Below, piece after piece: positions 40,307 through 53,129 of a stretch of DNA of 64,000 nucleotides (its first letter is position 1; every line of letters begins with the position of its first letter). This DNA is from Octopus sinensis (lineage: Eukaryota), in assembly GCF_006345805.1 (NCBI RefSeq), contig NC_042998.1, positions 57,350,001 through 57,414,000 on the forward strand. The letters run 5' to 3'. The notes under the pieces were generated by a model. That model saw only the letters and a list, made by a program, of their open reading frames with translations, was not told the origin of the DNA and did no database searches. Position numbers and translations under genes: made by a program.

Positions 40307-40501
40307 GCCATGATAGATCGTTAGCCACTACACACATTTGTTTCTCTCCTTGTCTCTCTCCTTGTTTTTTCTGTGTCCCTTTCTGTAGAAGAGCGTAGGC
40401 TCGAAACGTAAAATACTTTTTTCTATTCCTGAGCGTTATACTAATAGATCTGTTTGTTTTGTACACCACCTGTCTTCGTCTTTTTTTTTCGTAAACTCTT
40501 C

Positions 40502-40507
<6 letters not shown>
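40303..40507 (+). mobile_element. Penelope-type terminal remnant (second family) between (TA)n tracts; partial copy at 18743-18853
   Basis: TTT-CTGTAGA-A-GAGC-GTAG-GCTC-GAAACGTA-AAA (40380-40413). Downstream GAGCGTTA..ATCTGTTT..TACACCACCTGTCTT is shared with 18743-18853. Confidence 0.55.
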
Positions 40508-40564
<57 letters not shown>

Positions 40565-40599
40565 TATATATTATATATATATATATAATATATATATAT

Positions 40600-40649
<50 letters not shown>

Positions 40650-40744
40650 TATATAAATATACATATATATATATATTATATATATAGATGTATACGAGCA
40701 AACCGCCTCCCCCCATCCAATGGACGGTGCTGAATCATATCTGC

Positions 40745-41204
40745 TCAATAACAAGGCATCAGTGTTTTCTTTTCATTAAAAAATAATTAAGCATGCCTTT
40801 ATTTCAATAAAATTTTTGGTTTTGTTAAACAAAGTTACGGCAAAAAAAAAACTTCTTCACAAACCAAATAGTCTTTCCTTCCTTCATGCCAAGTTTGAAG
40901 AAAATATCTCTTTTGCATCTTACATTTTTGGTCCCTTAAGTATACTGCATTTTGTGGCATTATTTCAAGCCAGCCGGCTTTTTTGCGCAAACTGCACGTG
41001 CATTTTTCTCACGTACGCGTAGTATCGATCGCAATAGCTGATGTACTTGCGCGCACAAATGCACGTTCCAACAGCTTTATCGATCGCATTCTCACCTGGA
41101 ATCGATTTTTGTAATTTTTCCAAGACTTCTACTCGTCCTGATACCGTCGGTATCTACATATCAAATTTGAGTCAATCGGATGGAGGATGCCTGAGTTCCT
41201 AGAA

Positions 41205-41243
<39 letters not shown>

Positions 41244-41260
41244 CGGATTTTATATAATAT
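40745..41260. mobile_element. Putative non-autonomous Helitron/Helentron-type element
   Basis: CAAATTTGAGTCAATCGGATGGAGG..(CA)n..GGATTTTATATAATATA layout, resembling DINE-1/HINE-like elements. Confidence 0.45.
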
Positions 41261-41823
41261 ATATATATGTGTGTGTGCGTGTGTGTGTGTGTGTGTATGT
41301 GTGTGTGTGCGCGCGTGCGTCTACCCAATAAGATGGTATAATTTGAAAGCCACAACAATGCAAGGAAGCGCATTGTAATGAGTGGTGTATAACAACATCG
41401 GATAGTTTGGTCGATACAGATACACACACACTCACATATACATAGACACACAAACATATGATTCTGTTTTCTGTGTTAAGTTCTATAATGTACAAAAACT
41501 ATAATACACGCATAAAATAAACATCTCTTTCTCCCAACACACACACACACACACACACATACACGCACACACATACACGCACACACATACACACATCTAT
41601 ATACAATTAAAAAACTACGGAGCAGTACTTCAAAGTTTCGGCCGCATCACCTTCTTCAGCGAGGTCTGAATAAATAAGAAGCTGAAACTTCGATGTCCCA
41701 ATTAACATTTTCGTTGGGATAATACATGTTGGTCTACTGAAATTTAATGTTGACTGTTATACCTATGCGCGCGCACACACACACACATACTCTCTCTCTC
41801 TCCTCCCTCTCCTCTCTCTCTAT

Positions 41824-41979
41824 CTGTGGTAAGTACCTTGCTTACCAACCACATAGTTCCAGGTTCAGACCCACTGCGTGACAACTTGGATACGTGTCTT
41901 CTACTATAGGCTCGGGCCGACCAAAGCCTTGTGAGTGGATTTGGTAGGCGGAAACTGAAAGAAGCCCGTTGTGTATATC

Positions 41980-42021
<42 letters not shown>

Positions 42022-42248
42022 CGTGTGTGTGTGCGTGTGTATGTTTGTTTATCTGTGTGTTTGTCCCCAACATCTCTTGACAACCGATGCTGGCATGTCT
42101 ACGTCCCCGTAATCTAGCGGTTCGGCAAAAGAGCAGATAGAATAAGTACTAGGCTAACAAAGAATAAGTCCTAGAGTCAATTTGCTCGACTAAAGGCGGT
42201 GCTCCAGCACGGCAGCAGCTAAATAATACAAACAAATAAAAAGAGAGT
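41824..42248 (+). mobile_element. tRNA-derived CORE-like SINE (family B), slightly 5'-truncated
   Basis: Collinear with 6572-6976. Confidence 0.85.
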
Positions 42249-42311
42249 ATATGTATAAGTATATATATATATATATATATATATGAATGTATGTGTGATA
42301 TTGATTTCAGA

Positions 42312-42478
42312 TTTTGGCACAATACCAACTGTTGTGCCCAACTGGTACTTAATTTTATCATCTCCGAAGGATGGAAGGCAAAGTCGACCTCGGCGGAATC
42401 TGAACTGAAAACGTGAAGACGGATGAAATGTTGTTAAACATTTTGCCCGGCACAGTATCAATTCTGCCGGTTAGCCGC
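42312..42478 (-). mobile_element. SINE family A copy
   Basis: GGAAGGCAAAGTCGACCTCGGCGGAATCTGAACTGA. Confidence 0.75.
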
Positions 42479-42834
42479 TATATATGATATCGAAACTTCT
42501 TTTATGTATATTAAACATACCTTAGAATAGTTGAAAATATTCATTACACACTATTTCTACATATTTATAATTTAGGTGTTAATATGTTTGCCACATGTAC
42601 ACCCACTCCATTGTACACCTATCCATTTATATCCGTCTGTCATGTCCTGGTAAGTCAATGAGCACAATCTCTTCTAATGAGATTAATTAAAATAAATTGA
42701 CGGAGACATTAAGATGCACAACATCTGTCCATTACAATATCTCTAGCAGTCATCGTTTGACAATTGTAATAATGATTATAACTCATTTGTATATTGTATT
42801 TTTTCTTGTAATAATATATCAATATAAATGAGGA

Positions 42835-43010
42835 GTTTTAGCCTGCGCGAGCAAGTGAAAGCAGGGTATTGTAATCACTCATCTTTGTCTGTTTGTGTGT
42901 TTGCAAAATTTCTGGAAAAAAACGACGGATTTTCACCGCATTTGGCAGAAATACCCATTGGGTGGGTGGTTTGAAATGATGAATATTTGGTTTGGATATC
43001 TCTAAAAATT
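42835..43010 (+). mobile_element. DINE-1/HINE-like (Helentron-associated) element 5' fragment
   Basis: TTTTAGCCTGC..GCAGGGTATTGTAATC hairpin-like start, GTCTGTTTGTGTG microsatellite, then ACGGATTTTCACCGCATTTGG core. Confidence 0.55.
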
Positions 43011-43486
43011 ATTAATAAATTGAACCTACAAATTTCCCGATAAGCAAGTGGTCATACTATTTTGTTCACTTTCTTTATCATATGAATCGACCCTCGTCTG
43101 CATGTGTATAGATCATGTAGTACCCATGCGCGTAGACTAGTGTGCGCACATACATACATACATACATACATACATACATACATACATACATACATACATA
43201 CATACATACATACATACATACGCACATACATACATACATATGCGACTCTGTGTGTGTGTATGTGTGCGAGTGTGAGTTGATTTCTTAATTTCACCGGAGT
43301 GAAATACCTATGATGGTGATACTTTAGAATAAAATAAAATCATTCAGTTCAACTAAAAAGCATGGGTAAGCAACGCATTGTAAGCGACATTATAATTTGC
43401 GAAAAAAATTATCTGCACGCAGAATATGCATCGCCCCTTTAATGCCTTTTTTTTTATCTGTATACATTATATCTGTATTGGTACAA

Positions 43487-43715
43487 GGCGGCGATCTGGC
43501 AGAACCGTTAGCACGCCGAGCGAAATGTTTAGCAGTATTTCGTCTGCCATTACGTTCTGAGTTCAAATTCCACCGAGGTCGACTTTGCCTTTCATCATTT
43601 CGGGGTCGATAAATAAAGTACCAGTTATGCACTGGGGTCGATGTAATCGACTTAATCCCTTTGTCTGTCTTTGTTTCTCCGCTCTATGTTTAGCCCCTTG
43701 TGGGCAATAAAGAGA
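43487..43715 (+). mobile_element. SINE family A copy (full length)
   Basis: GGCGGCGATCTGGCAGAACCG head, GAGTTCAAATTCC B-box, GCCTTTCATC..GGGGTCGATAAAT..GTACCAG central block, TTTAGCCCCTTGTGGG tail. Confidence 0.88.
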
Positions 43716-44489
43716 TATAAAATCTGTATTTACGATGTCACTAAAAGCATCGGTCTGTCACATCACCACTTATTCTGAAAGAGTTAACAGTTAAATATAA
43801 CAACTCGAACACTCGATTATACATATTTTGTTTACCTCTAAACGTGCTGCAGTAATCATTTATCGACTGTGGATGGATGAAGCACAAAGTCAATCTCGGC
43901 AATAATCGCTATTTTTATCATTATCACATATCATCGTTACCACCATCATCGTTATCGCCTTTATTATTGTCATTGTTATTTTTTATCATAGGCGCAGGCA
44001 TGCCAGTGTGATTAAGAAACTCACTTTCCAACCACATTGTTTTGGCTTCATTTTTTTCTAATGCAAATTATATTAGTCTATCTAATTATTTTGATTATTC
44101 AAATAATAATTGTGAAAAACTCGAATAAAACTTGTATTACTCAAGGTTCGGCTCTGTTTCTTTTATTTTTGTGTTTCACTGATTTAATTGCTGACATATT
44201 GGGTCACTACCTTGAGGGTTTTTACGCGAACAAATCGAATAAAGTCTGTACTGGCTTTTTTTAAAGTTCTAAGACTTTGCGATCCGCTAAGTCGTAAACA
44301 AACACTGATTGACAAGTTGTGGTCGTCGTGAAGGAGCGCTGCAATAAGTGTATGAATCTGAGAGAGGGATATATTAAATACAATCATAATTATCTTATCC
44401 TCCTGTATTTTCTTTTACCTCTAAGTATCAACAAAGGAGATGTAAACCACAATGAAAAGTACCAAATACGGCCAAATTGTAATAATATA

Positions 44490-44682
44490 AATGCTTATAC
44501 AGTTCTATATTTAAGAGATGAGGAATTATGTACATTTTTTACATTATTTACATTCGACGGATATTTGTCCTCATCTTGTTTGTTGTTAACGCAACGTTTC
44601 GGCTTATATATCCTCCAGAATTCATCAGGTGTCTTGGGGAAATTTCGAATCTAGGTTCTCATTCCTAAGGTATTTTACGATG
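44490..44682 (-). mobile_element. Penelope-type terminal-repeat remnant with a minimal hammerhead-like core
   Basis: Minus strand GACAC-CTGATGA-A..GCC-GAAACGTT-GCGTT (44588-44633); inverted partner at 45044-45188. Confidence 0.6.
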
Positions 44683-44714
44683 TTGTTGTTGTTATTATTA
44701 TTATTATTATTATT

Positions 44715-44762
<48 letters not shown>

Positions 44763-44781
44763 ATTATTATTATTATTATTA

Positions 44782-44835
<54 letters not shown>

Positions 44836-45043
44836 ATTCAGGTCACTGCCAGGAATCGAACTCGGAATAATAATAATAATAATAATAATAATTAAAAAAA
44901 AAAAATGAACGAACTACTGAGTTTGGTTTAATGGCCTACCAATGTATACTATGAGTTTCTTTGCCCTAGGAGTCGGGAAGACACTCGGCAAGAAATGGAA
45001 GCAAATTTGAAAGAAGAAAAAATAATAATAATAATAATAATAA

Positions 45044-45188
45044 CATCGAAAGATACCTTACGAATGAGAACCCACGTTCGAAATTTCCTCAAGACACCTG
45101 ATGAATGCTGGGGGGTATATCAACTGAAACGTTGTGTTAACAACAAAGAAGATGAGGACAAATATCCGTCAAATGTAAATAATGTAAA
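45044..45188 (+). mobile_element. Penelope-type terminal-repeat remnant with a minimal hammerhead-like core
   Basis: GACAC-CTGATGA (45093-45104) ... GAAACGTT-GTGTT (45126-45138); ~145 bp similar to the reverse complement of 44538-44682. Confidence 0.6.
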
Positions 45189-48100
45189 TAGTGTAAATAA
45201 ATGCTTATGTTATAGCTAACATGGTAACAACGTCGGAAAATGAAGTCAGAACTGGCATATATACAAATAAATATGATAAATGCTCATGCAGAGAAGAATC
45301 AAAATGCCCATTGGTGAACCTCTGTTTGAGCACAAATCCTGTATATTAATGTACCATACGCACAAAGGGAGGGCCGTATGTTCTCAATGGGCAGACGGCT
45401 AATTCATTTAAGAATTGTTATCGCAACCATGTCGCCAGCTTTAAGACAATAAATAAGAGACATTCAATATATTTGGCTGATTTTGCATGACGACGGAAGG
45501 AAGATAAATTTAAGTATAACATGACTTGGTACATAGAAAAGCATGCAAAACTATACAATACAATTTGCAGAAGATGCCCCGAGGAAATTCTTGTCTATTC
45601 TGTGAACCAATGAGAAGATCATTTATAGAATTTCTGAAAGACTCTCAAGATGCCTACACGCATATAAATGTACTTTCGCACAATGCAGTGGAAATGAATT
45701 CGGGTACTTTTAGCATAATTTACATTAAGGTATAGATGAATTAAGTTTAGCTTTAACCTCCTCGTTCTTATAAAGACCAAGTAGCTATTTAACTCGCTTT
45801 GTAATTGTGTGTGCACGAAACCACACGCTTGCGTACGTTTACATTTTCGTGGATACTTGTATGAGCGAGTGTACGCGTGCCATGCAGCTTGCGCGAGGAC
45901 GTTTATGTATCCACATCTGTTAAAGCTTATTTTAAATACATTTCTCGCTGTATTGCATGTTCATTAATTTTTTTTGCATCTGTGATATTTCCTTCGCTTG
46001 GCTGCTTTTCTTTTCAAAAATGAGAAGATACATCGTGGAACTGTTATACACACACACACACACGCACACACGCACACACACACATACACACACACACACA
46101 ATGTGTGTATGTGTGTGTGTGTGTTTGATATAAGTGAAAGTACATGTATTCTAGTACAATCTTATTGCATAGCAGTTTTGGCGACGACTCAACCACCATG
46201 CCCCACAAGGCTATCTCCGAAGATAGTAGCTACAAACTCACAGAAACGAAAGGATGGACGTGGAAAGTACTGGCTCGTCTGCTATGAAGCATTAGTGTGC
46301 AAAAACATAGAAATAAGCGAATTGGTGGGCAATTGCTCTGCCTATTTTGACTGATATTTAGAATGTTCTCTTTTTGCGCTACTGAAACCAGTTTGTCTAA
46401 GAAGTGTCACTCTCAATAAAACTAAATTTGCTCCGATCAATATAATTTCTGATCAAAAACTATTTTCGAATAGTCAGGGTCATTAGTATTGGCTTTGGTT
46501 GTAGTCATTTTTGCATAAGACGAGATAGTGTTGTATTGCGCAAGCCATGTCTTCGTTTTATTTCGGATGTTTTTGATCGGATTTGTGCGCTGATGCTATT
46601 CACTTTGCCGTGTAGCCTTTTTGTCATTACACGAGCGTTTCACGCAGGTTGATTGAGCGTCCGCTGAATATGATACTCGCTCGCTTCTGCTATTCTCATG
46701 CCTGGTTTTGCAGTCGTCAACCACGTTGCATGTTCTCTTCAGAGAAAAGCTTTTTCTGACTGCCTGATACATTAGTGATGAATACTAATGTGTAAATATA
46801 TGCGCAAATGTGTATTTGAGTGTGTATGTATGTATTTGCCTATGTATGTTTATACATACGCATGTATATGTATTTGTTTTTATTTTGCAATCATGATGTC
46901 CTAGTTTCTTTCTGAAAATTGCGTCTTGCCTATCACCTCCTGTCAATCGAAATCTTTTGAATGAAACTGTAAATAAAAACTGTGTAGAGGTCCTGTAGTT
47001 GCACTATGTATAGAGTTCAAAGGACTGGTGTTCTCTCGCTGTGATATACTGATTCTGCCCAACGGCTGTAGTAAGGCTGCAACTGTCTGGACTTAATTGC
47101 CACTTGGTAAAAATGACACACTCCAGAGCTGGAGAAAAGTAAATAAACCAAGAATTTATCTTATATATATATATAATCATACTTCTGTTTTGTTAACAAA
47201 ACTAGGTATTCTGAGCTATTTTTCCTAGCTCATTTGTGTTTAAAACTGCATAGGCCATAAATACGATATTGTAAAAGCCAAGTCTTTTGACTTAAGGAAA
47301 TAAGGTCGGGCGATTGTGATGATGGCTATTGAACCAGAAACACGACTGCATTCTTAGCTTTGGATAATAATCCTACTTTTGTCCTCAGTGGCCTGTCATG
47401 TGATCTTTGGAGGATTCTTGAGTGCATTTTAATTGCTATTTGCTAATAGTAATACAGCCTTTAGTGGCGGTGATAATTAATAAAGGCATACCTGTGTCTG
47501 TCTACTTTCACTATAAGTCGTCTTATGTAACCGGAGTACACCTCGTCGAAACAAACGGAGGATATACAATCGTCTATGTATAATTTTGGATTGGAAATCA
47601 GTTATAGGTGAGTAAATATACTTCCAGTGAATGATATATGTTGCTTAAGTTCGTTGAAATTGAAGTGTATGGGATTGTATGTGTGACTGTGTAACATAAC
47701 ATTATTAAACATTATGATTTCCTACTAGATATTGGAAAGTAAGGGCCACATTCTATATAACGAAGTAAATACCTAAAAATTTCAAAGGGATTCATGTATT
47801 GATAGAGTGTTATTGTTACTTTGCATCAGGCCAGTTCTGATTAAGCAAACTTATAACTGAAAACATTCTGTTCATGCAAACCCATTGTTTTCTTTTGTTG
47901 AGAAATACGTCGTATGATTTTATTTTGATATGACGGTAGTAGTCTGACTTGAAGAGAGAAATTCGGCTGCTGTTTCTAGCAGGTCGATCTACTAAGTAGA
48001 AACGCCCCTTTTCTGAAACATTAAATACTTAATGATTAAAAATACAGAAAAAAATTATCATTTTTCAGCACGTGATTGCAAAATCATGTATGATGTCTTG

Positions 48101-48559
48101 CAACAAGAACATTTTATGCATTTTAAACGAGGAATTTTATTATGTTTAAGTACATTTAAGTATATTATCAAACACAATATTTTAATGATGTATTAAATAT
48201 CTTGTTAATGGTATTGAGGATGAATTACTGGGGTTCGCTATAATGAACGATGTGAATATATTTGCAGTGATATGCGTGATATTGCAGTAGAGAAAGGTAG
48301 CTTCCGTTCGCTGCTCTGCTAGCGGCCTTGTTGATGAGGTGAGCCTCGGCCTTAACTGAAAATTTATTAAAGAATTAATATTCATTTCGTAGCACACCTT
48401 GATTATGAAAGGAAATTTTATAGAGTGGGAATATTTCATCATATTGTAATGAGATCTCGTGGACAATGAGAACAAGAAAAACGTGAATGAGAGGGAAAGA
48501 TCGAGGACAGCTTGTAACAAATAATAGAGGTTAGATAGAGAAGTGAGATAGAGATAACC

Positions 48560-48800
48560 AACTCAGGTAAGCACGTCAGGCGTTCTATCTATAGACCAAA
48601 GCAAATCCAAGGACCAAAAAGAAGGTAAGAAGTAAAATAACAAACCAGCAAAACAACGAAAGTGAATTGGATGTACACAGTGAATTTATTAGATTGACTC
48701 CCAGAAAGTTTTAAATGGAAATGACGTTTCCAGCATGGCTCTTCATCGGATAAAGGGAGAAGACCAGAGAAGAGGAAAAGGAAGAAGATGTAGATGGTCC
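48560..48800 (-). mobile_element. Penelope-type terminal remnant with a hammerhead-like core
   Basis: Minus strand CCGATGA-A-GAGC-CAT-GCTG-GAAACGTC (48723-48749). Confidence 0.5.
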
Positions 48801-49368
48801 AGTGAAAAGCACGTGTGTCGATACATGGTCATTAAAAGGGAAACTGTCCTCAACGAATCAATAAAAGAAGGTAAAAGTAGGATTTCTTGTAAGATTTTCC
48901 AGTCTTCATAGCAAATTATTGATATTCTTTTTATCCAGTAATTTGAAATCGTAATTTAATGACTGATCGGCCTAATACGACAGGTATACTCTTCAGATAT
49001 ATTAAACATATCGTGACATACAAATAATTTTATTATTTTTAGAGCAGGAACGAAACTTAATCACTTAATTAATTAAATTAGTTCATTTGCTATAAAGAAA
49101 AATACATTTACTACGTATATTTTTGTACCTTTTGCAAGTTTCCAAATGAATCGAACAAGAATCACTATAAGAAACCTGTACTAACTTTTCGGCATCATAA
49201 TTTTACACCATTAAATAGCTGAGAATATAAATGCACAGGTATTTACTACAATAGATTTAATCAAAGTATTGGCTAACTGTTTCATTGACTTTGTTATAAA
49301 ACATCTCAAAAACGAAATCCCTTTATAACTTTTATATGAATCTCCTCTAGCTCTCTTAGTGTTTGACC

Positions 49369-50597
49369 TACGAGTGTGGGCTGAAAAGTTCATAGTTTGA
49401 CTATCAAAGAGTGATGCTAGAGCTGTGAAATCCTGCATGCCTTAATTTCAGCATTCTTCTTATTAATTGCATTGTTTCCTTCTAGGTAAATTGACATCTG
49501 ACTGTTCAAACATGACCTCAAAAGTAACTGGTAGCCTCTTCTCTTGAATATCAACAAACTTTGACTTTGTAGTGTTATCAAGTACCTACAGAAAAAGGGT
49601 TCATGCTAACATGGAGGTTACATTAGGGAATGACGCTCTAGCTTTATTAACAGTGGGTAATTCCATTTCGGAGGGGACGGGAGAGTGTTGACTATCACCC
49701 AAGGTCTGGACGTCCTGGTACTCCTACTACCGAGGAAAACATTGATCGTGTTCACCACATGGTAATGGTTGACAGGTATAAATCAAATAACCAATGCTAT
49801 TAGTATATCTTGTAAGAGAGTTAAGAATATTCTGCACAATGAACTTGACAAGAAGGTTTCTGCTCGGTGGGTGTCACTTCTTAAACTTGAGAAAAAAGCG
49901 TAACAGGCTGATCACATCACGGGGAAAATCTGACATTGTTTGAAACAGACTCAACTAGTTTCCTCGAATGTTTCCTAACCCTGGATAAGTGTAGAATTCA
50001 TTACTTTGAGCTAAAGACAAATAAAAAATCCATACAGGAAAAATATCCCTCCCCAAATGCTCCAAAGAAAGCCATGGTCGTTTTATCTGCAGAGAAGGTC
50101 AATGCCTGTCTTTTGAGATGCAAAAGTGTTTATTTACTATCTCCAGAAGGACCAAGCCATCATTGAAGTGTACTATGCCAATTTACTGAGGCAGTTACGA
50201 AAGGCTTTCAGAACCATATGCCCAGGAAAACTAACGAAAGAGATCTTGTTTCATCAGGTCAATGCTCCAGCACACACGTCGTTGGTTTAATGGCTGCTAT
50301 GCATAACTGTGGCTTTAAACTGATTCATTCCCCACTCTATTCTCCTGATTTGGCCCCATCTAATTATCATCTATCCCCAACATGAAAAAATTCTTGGATG
50401 GGAACCAGTATCGCTGTGGTGATGACAAAAAATCTACTGTTGATGAATTTCTTTCACTAATGGGATCCAAGCGCTGCAAAACCGATGGAAGAAGTGTGTG
50501 GACTGCAAAGAAGACTATGTTGAAAAATAAACCTCATTTAGTCACATTCTGTGAGAGTATCTTGGTCAGCGTCTAAAATTTTCAACCGACCCTCGTA
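49369..50597 (+). mobile_element. Full-length fossil mariner DNA transposon (~1.23 kb) with degenerate TIRs and TA ends
   Basis: 5' TACGAGTGTGGGCTGAAAA (49369) versus reverse complement of the 3' end TACGAGGGTCGGTTGAAAA (ends 50597). Transposase remnants PRSGRP, ARWVS, HQVNAPAH, YSPDLAPS and RWKKCVD..DYVEK. Confidence 0.9.
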
Positions 50598-51048
50598 CAT
50601 AAATTTTCTAGACCATGTCTATTTATGTTGGGTGTAAATTGCTAGTGGTAAACACTTTTATGGATGCACATGTAATCGAAAACAGTGAATTTTCAGTTTT
50701 ACATAATACGATGTGTTAAATTACCGGTTCAACTTAATTCTTAGATAGATTCTTTGCATATGAGTTTCAGAAACTTTCATACTCGGCAGTTTCAAACCTG
50801 AATTTAGTCAAAAGAGTATTCGCGGGCGAGTGTTCTTCCATACCTAATTTCCTTTATGGTAAATCTTACAATTTTATTTTTGTAGGCCTGAACTTGTTGC
50901 CTTGTGTTACGAAATCGTCTTATGGTAGGAGTATACTTCTCTGATAACCATATCCTAACTTGATGACTGATTTTCTCAACTTTAATCTATTTTTCATGTT
51001 CTTTCACAAATCCAAATCATGTGTCATGGCATTTTCATACTTCCTATG

Positions 51049-51667
51049 GGCGAAGAGCTCACAGAATGGTTACTACGCCGGACAAAATACTTAGCGGCAT
51101 TTCTTCAGTCTTTACGTTCTGAGTTCAAATTCCACCGAAGACGACTTTACCTTTCATACTTTTGGGATCGATAATATACACAGAAGGTCGATGTAATCTA
51201 CTACATCCCAACCTCAAAATGTCAGTCCTCCCTCCTATATTAAGACAGTTTTTCTGGTGTTCATGTTCTTTGAAGTTTTCATCTATATACCCTTTCTATA
51301 CTCGGAAATGCATTTTGTTAGACTGTTAATTATTTTTTTGCTATTATCTATTAAGTTTCAATGCGGCGAGCAGGCAGAAATGTTAGTACGCCGGGCGAAA
51401 TGTTTAGCGGCATTTTATCTGTCCTTACGTTCTGAGTTCAAATTCCGCCGAGGTCGACTTTCCCTTTTATCATTTCGGAGTCGATAAATTAAGTACCAGT
51501 TGCGTACTGGTGTCGATCTAGTCCACTGGGCCCCTTACCAAAAGGTTTCGGACCTTGTACCTAGAGTAGAAAAGGATAAATTAAGTACCAGTTGCGTACC
51601 GGGGTCGATCTAATCGACTGGCCCCCTCACCCCAAATTTCGGGCCTTGGGCCTAGATTAGAAAAGAT
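51049..51667 (+). mobile_element. Two family A SINE copies, the second with a duplicated 3' half
   Basis: Heads at ~51049 and ~51364; GATAAATTAAGTACCAGTTGCGTAC occurs at ~51483 and ~51576. Confidence 0.82.
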
Positions 51668-52057
51668 TATCTATTAAATTTTCTTTCTTATTCGTAAATG
51701 TTCCTCTTTTCACCGTTTATATTCTACTTATTCATTGTTACTTATCATTTTATTCTTTATATGAAATGTTAATGATTATTCTAAATTTCCTATTCACACT
51801 TAGCATCTTAACAAAAGCCATCTGCTGGCGGAATGAAAAAATAATTAACATTGTTTTAGTGTTAAAGCTATTCATAAACTTAAATATCCACCGTCTCTAT
51901 GTTAGTGGCATCATATCAGTTATTTGTTGAAATAAATCCAGGATATGCACATATTTGTTAATTATTACGGAAGTATTTTCATAAATGTCGATCGATATAA
52001 GGTAGCTTGACAGTTTTAATGATTCCATACAGCTAAGTAAGAGTCAAATAAAGTAGC

Positions 52058-52089
52058 CATTATTATCATTATTTTTATTATTATTATTG

Positions 52090-52132
<43 letters not shown>

Positions 52133-52266
52133 CATTATTATTATTACTATCATTGTTATTATTATCGTTATTATTACTATCATTGTTATTATTATTATTA
52201 TTACTATCATTGTTATTATTATTATTATTACTATCATTGTTGTTATTATTATTATTACTATCATTG

Positions 52267-52335
<69 letters not shown>
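52058..52335. repeat. (TTA)n array with a ~27-30 bp higher-order unit containing TTACTATCATTG
   Basis: TTACTATCATTG repeated about 5 times. Confidence 0.85.
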
Positions 52336-52336
<1 letters not shown>

Positions 52337-52552
52337 GGCGGCGAGCTAGCAGAATCGTTAGCACGCTGAACGAAATGCTTAGCGGAATATCGCTCGTCGC
52401 TACGTTCTGAGTTCAAATTCCGCCTCTGTCGACTTTGCCTTTCATCTATCCCTGGTCGATGAAAATAAGTACTAGTTGAACACTGGAGTTGATGTACTCG
52501 TCTAACCCTTTCCTCGTAGAATTAAGGCCATGAGCATATCGTAGAACGGATT
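52337..52552 (+). mobile_element. SINE family A copy after a (TTA)n array
   Basis: GGCGGCGAGCTAGCAGAATCG head; ends in ATTATTATT. Confidence 0.82.
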
Positions 52553-53129
52553 ATTATTATTACTACGATTATTATTTATTGTATGCTTCTTATTTTATAT
52601 TCTGTAGGGTCGCGACTAAATTATGAGCCAGGATCTCTATAGGGGAAAATGTCAATTTATTGACAGTTCTAGTATAAACTTTTGAATCCCACTTTGGTCA
52701 TTTGTTTGATATCACAATCCTTGTTGTGCCGCGTATCGACCGATGCCATATAGTAATATAGGTGGTATGAAAACTGTTGGTCATGATTTTGTTAGCCATC
52801 TTGATCACTTTATGGTTGGCTTATCAAATCTGTGTTATCTTTTCCGCGGAGAATGAGAGGTGTGGGCGAACTTCCATGCGCCATATCACTGAGACTGGTG
52901 ATTTTTCAGAAGCACCGCACTACGTACCCTCAAAGTTTAGCCTTAGAAATAAATATTTTCGCACGTATGGTGTTCTGACATCCTTCAGTCCCGTAATTTA
53001 TCCCACGGAATTTTGGTATATATATTTTTAATAACGCTACCACCAAGACCACCAACACCACCACCAACACCACCACCACCACCATCACCACTACCACCAC
53101 CACCACCTCACACAATGTTGATAGATAAT

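Noticed and set aside
52600-53030. Possible RTE-type LINE 3' remnant on the minus strand
   Set aside because: Only a vague 'KL*GYVVR' resemblance to the LRWxGHVxR motif; too weak to call.
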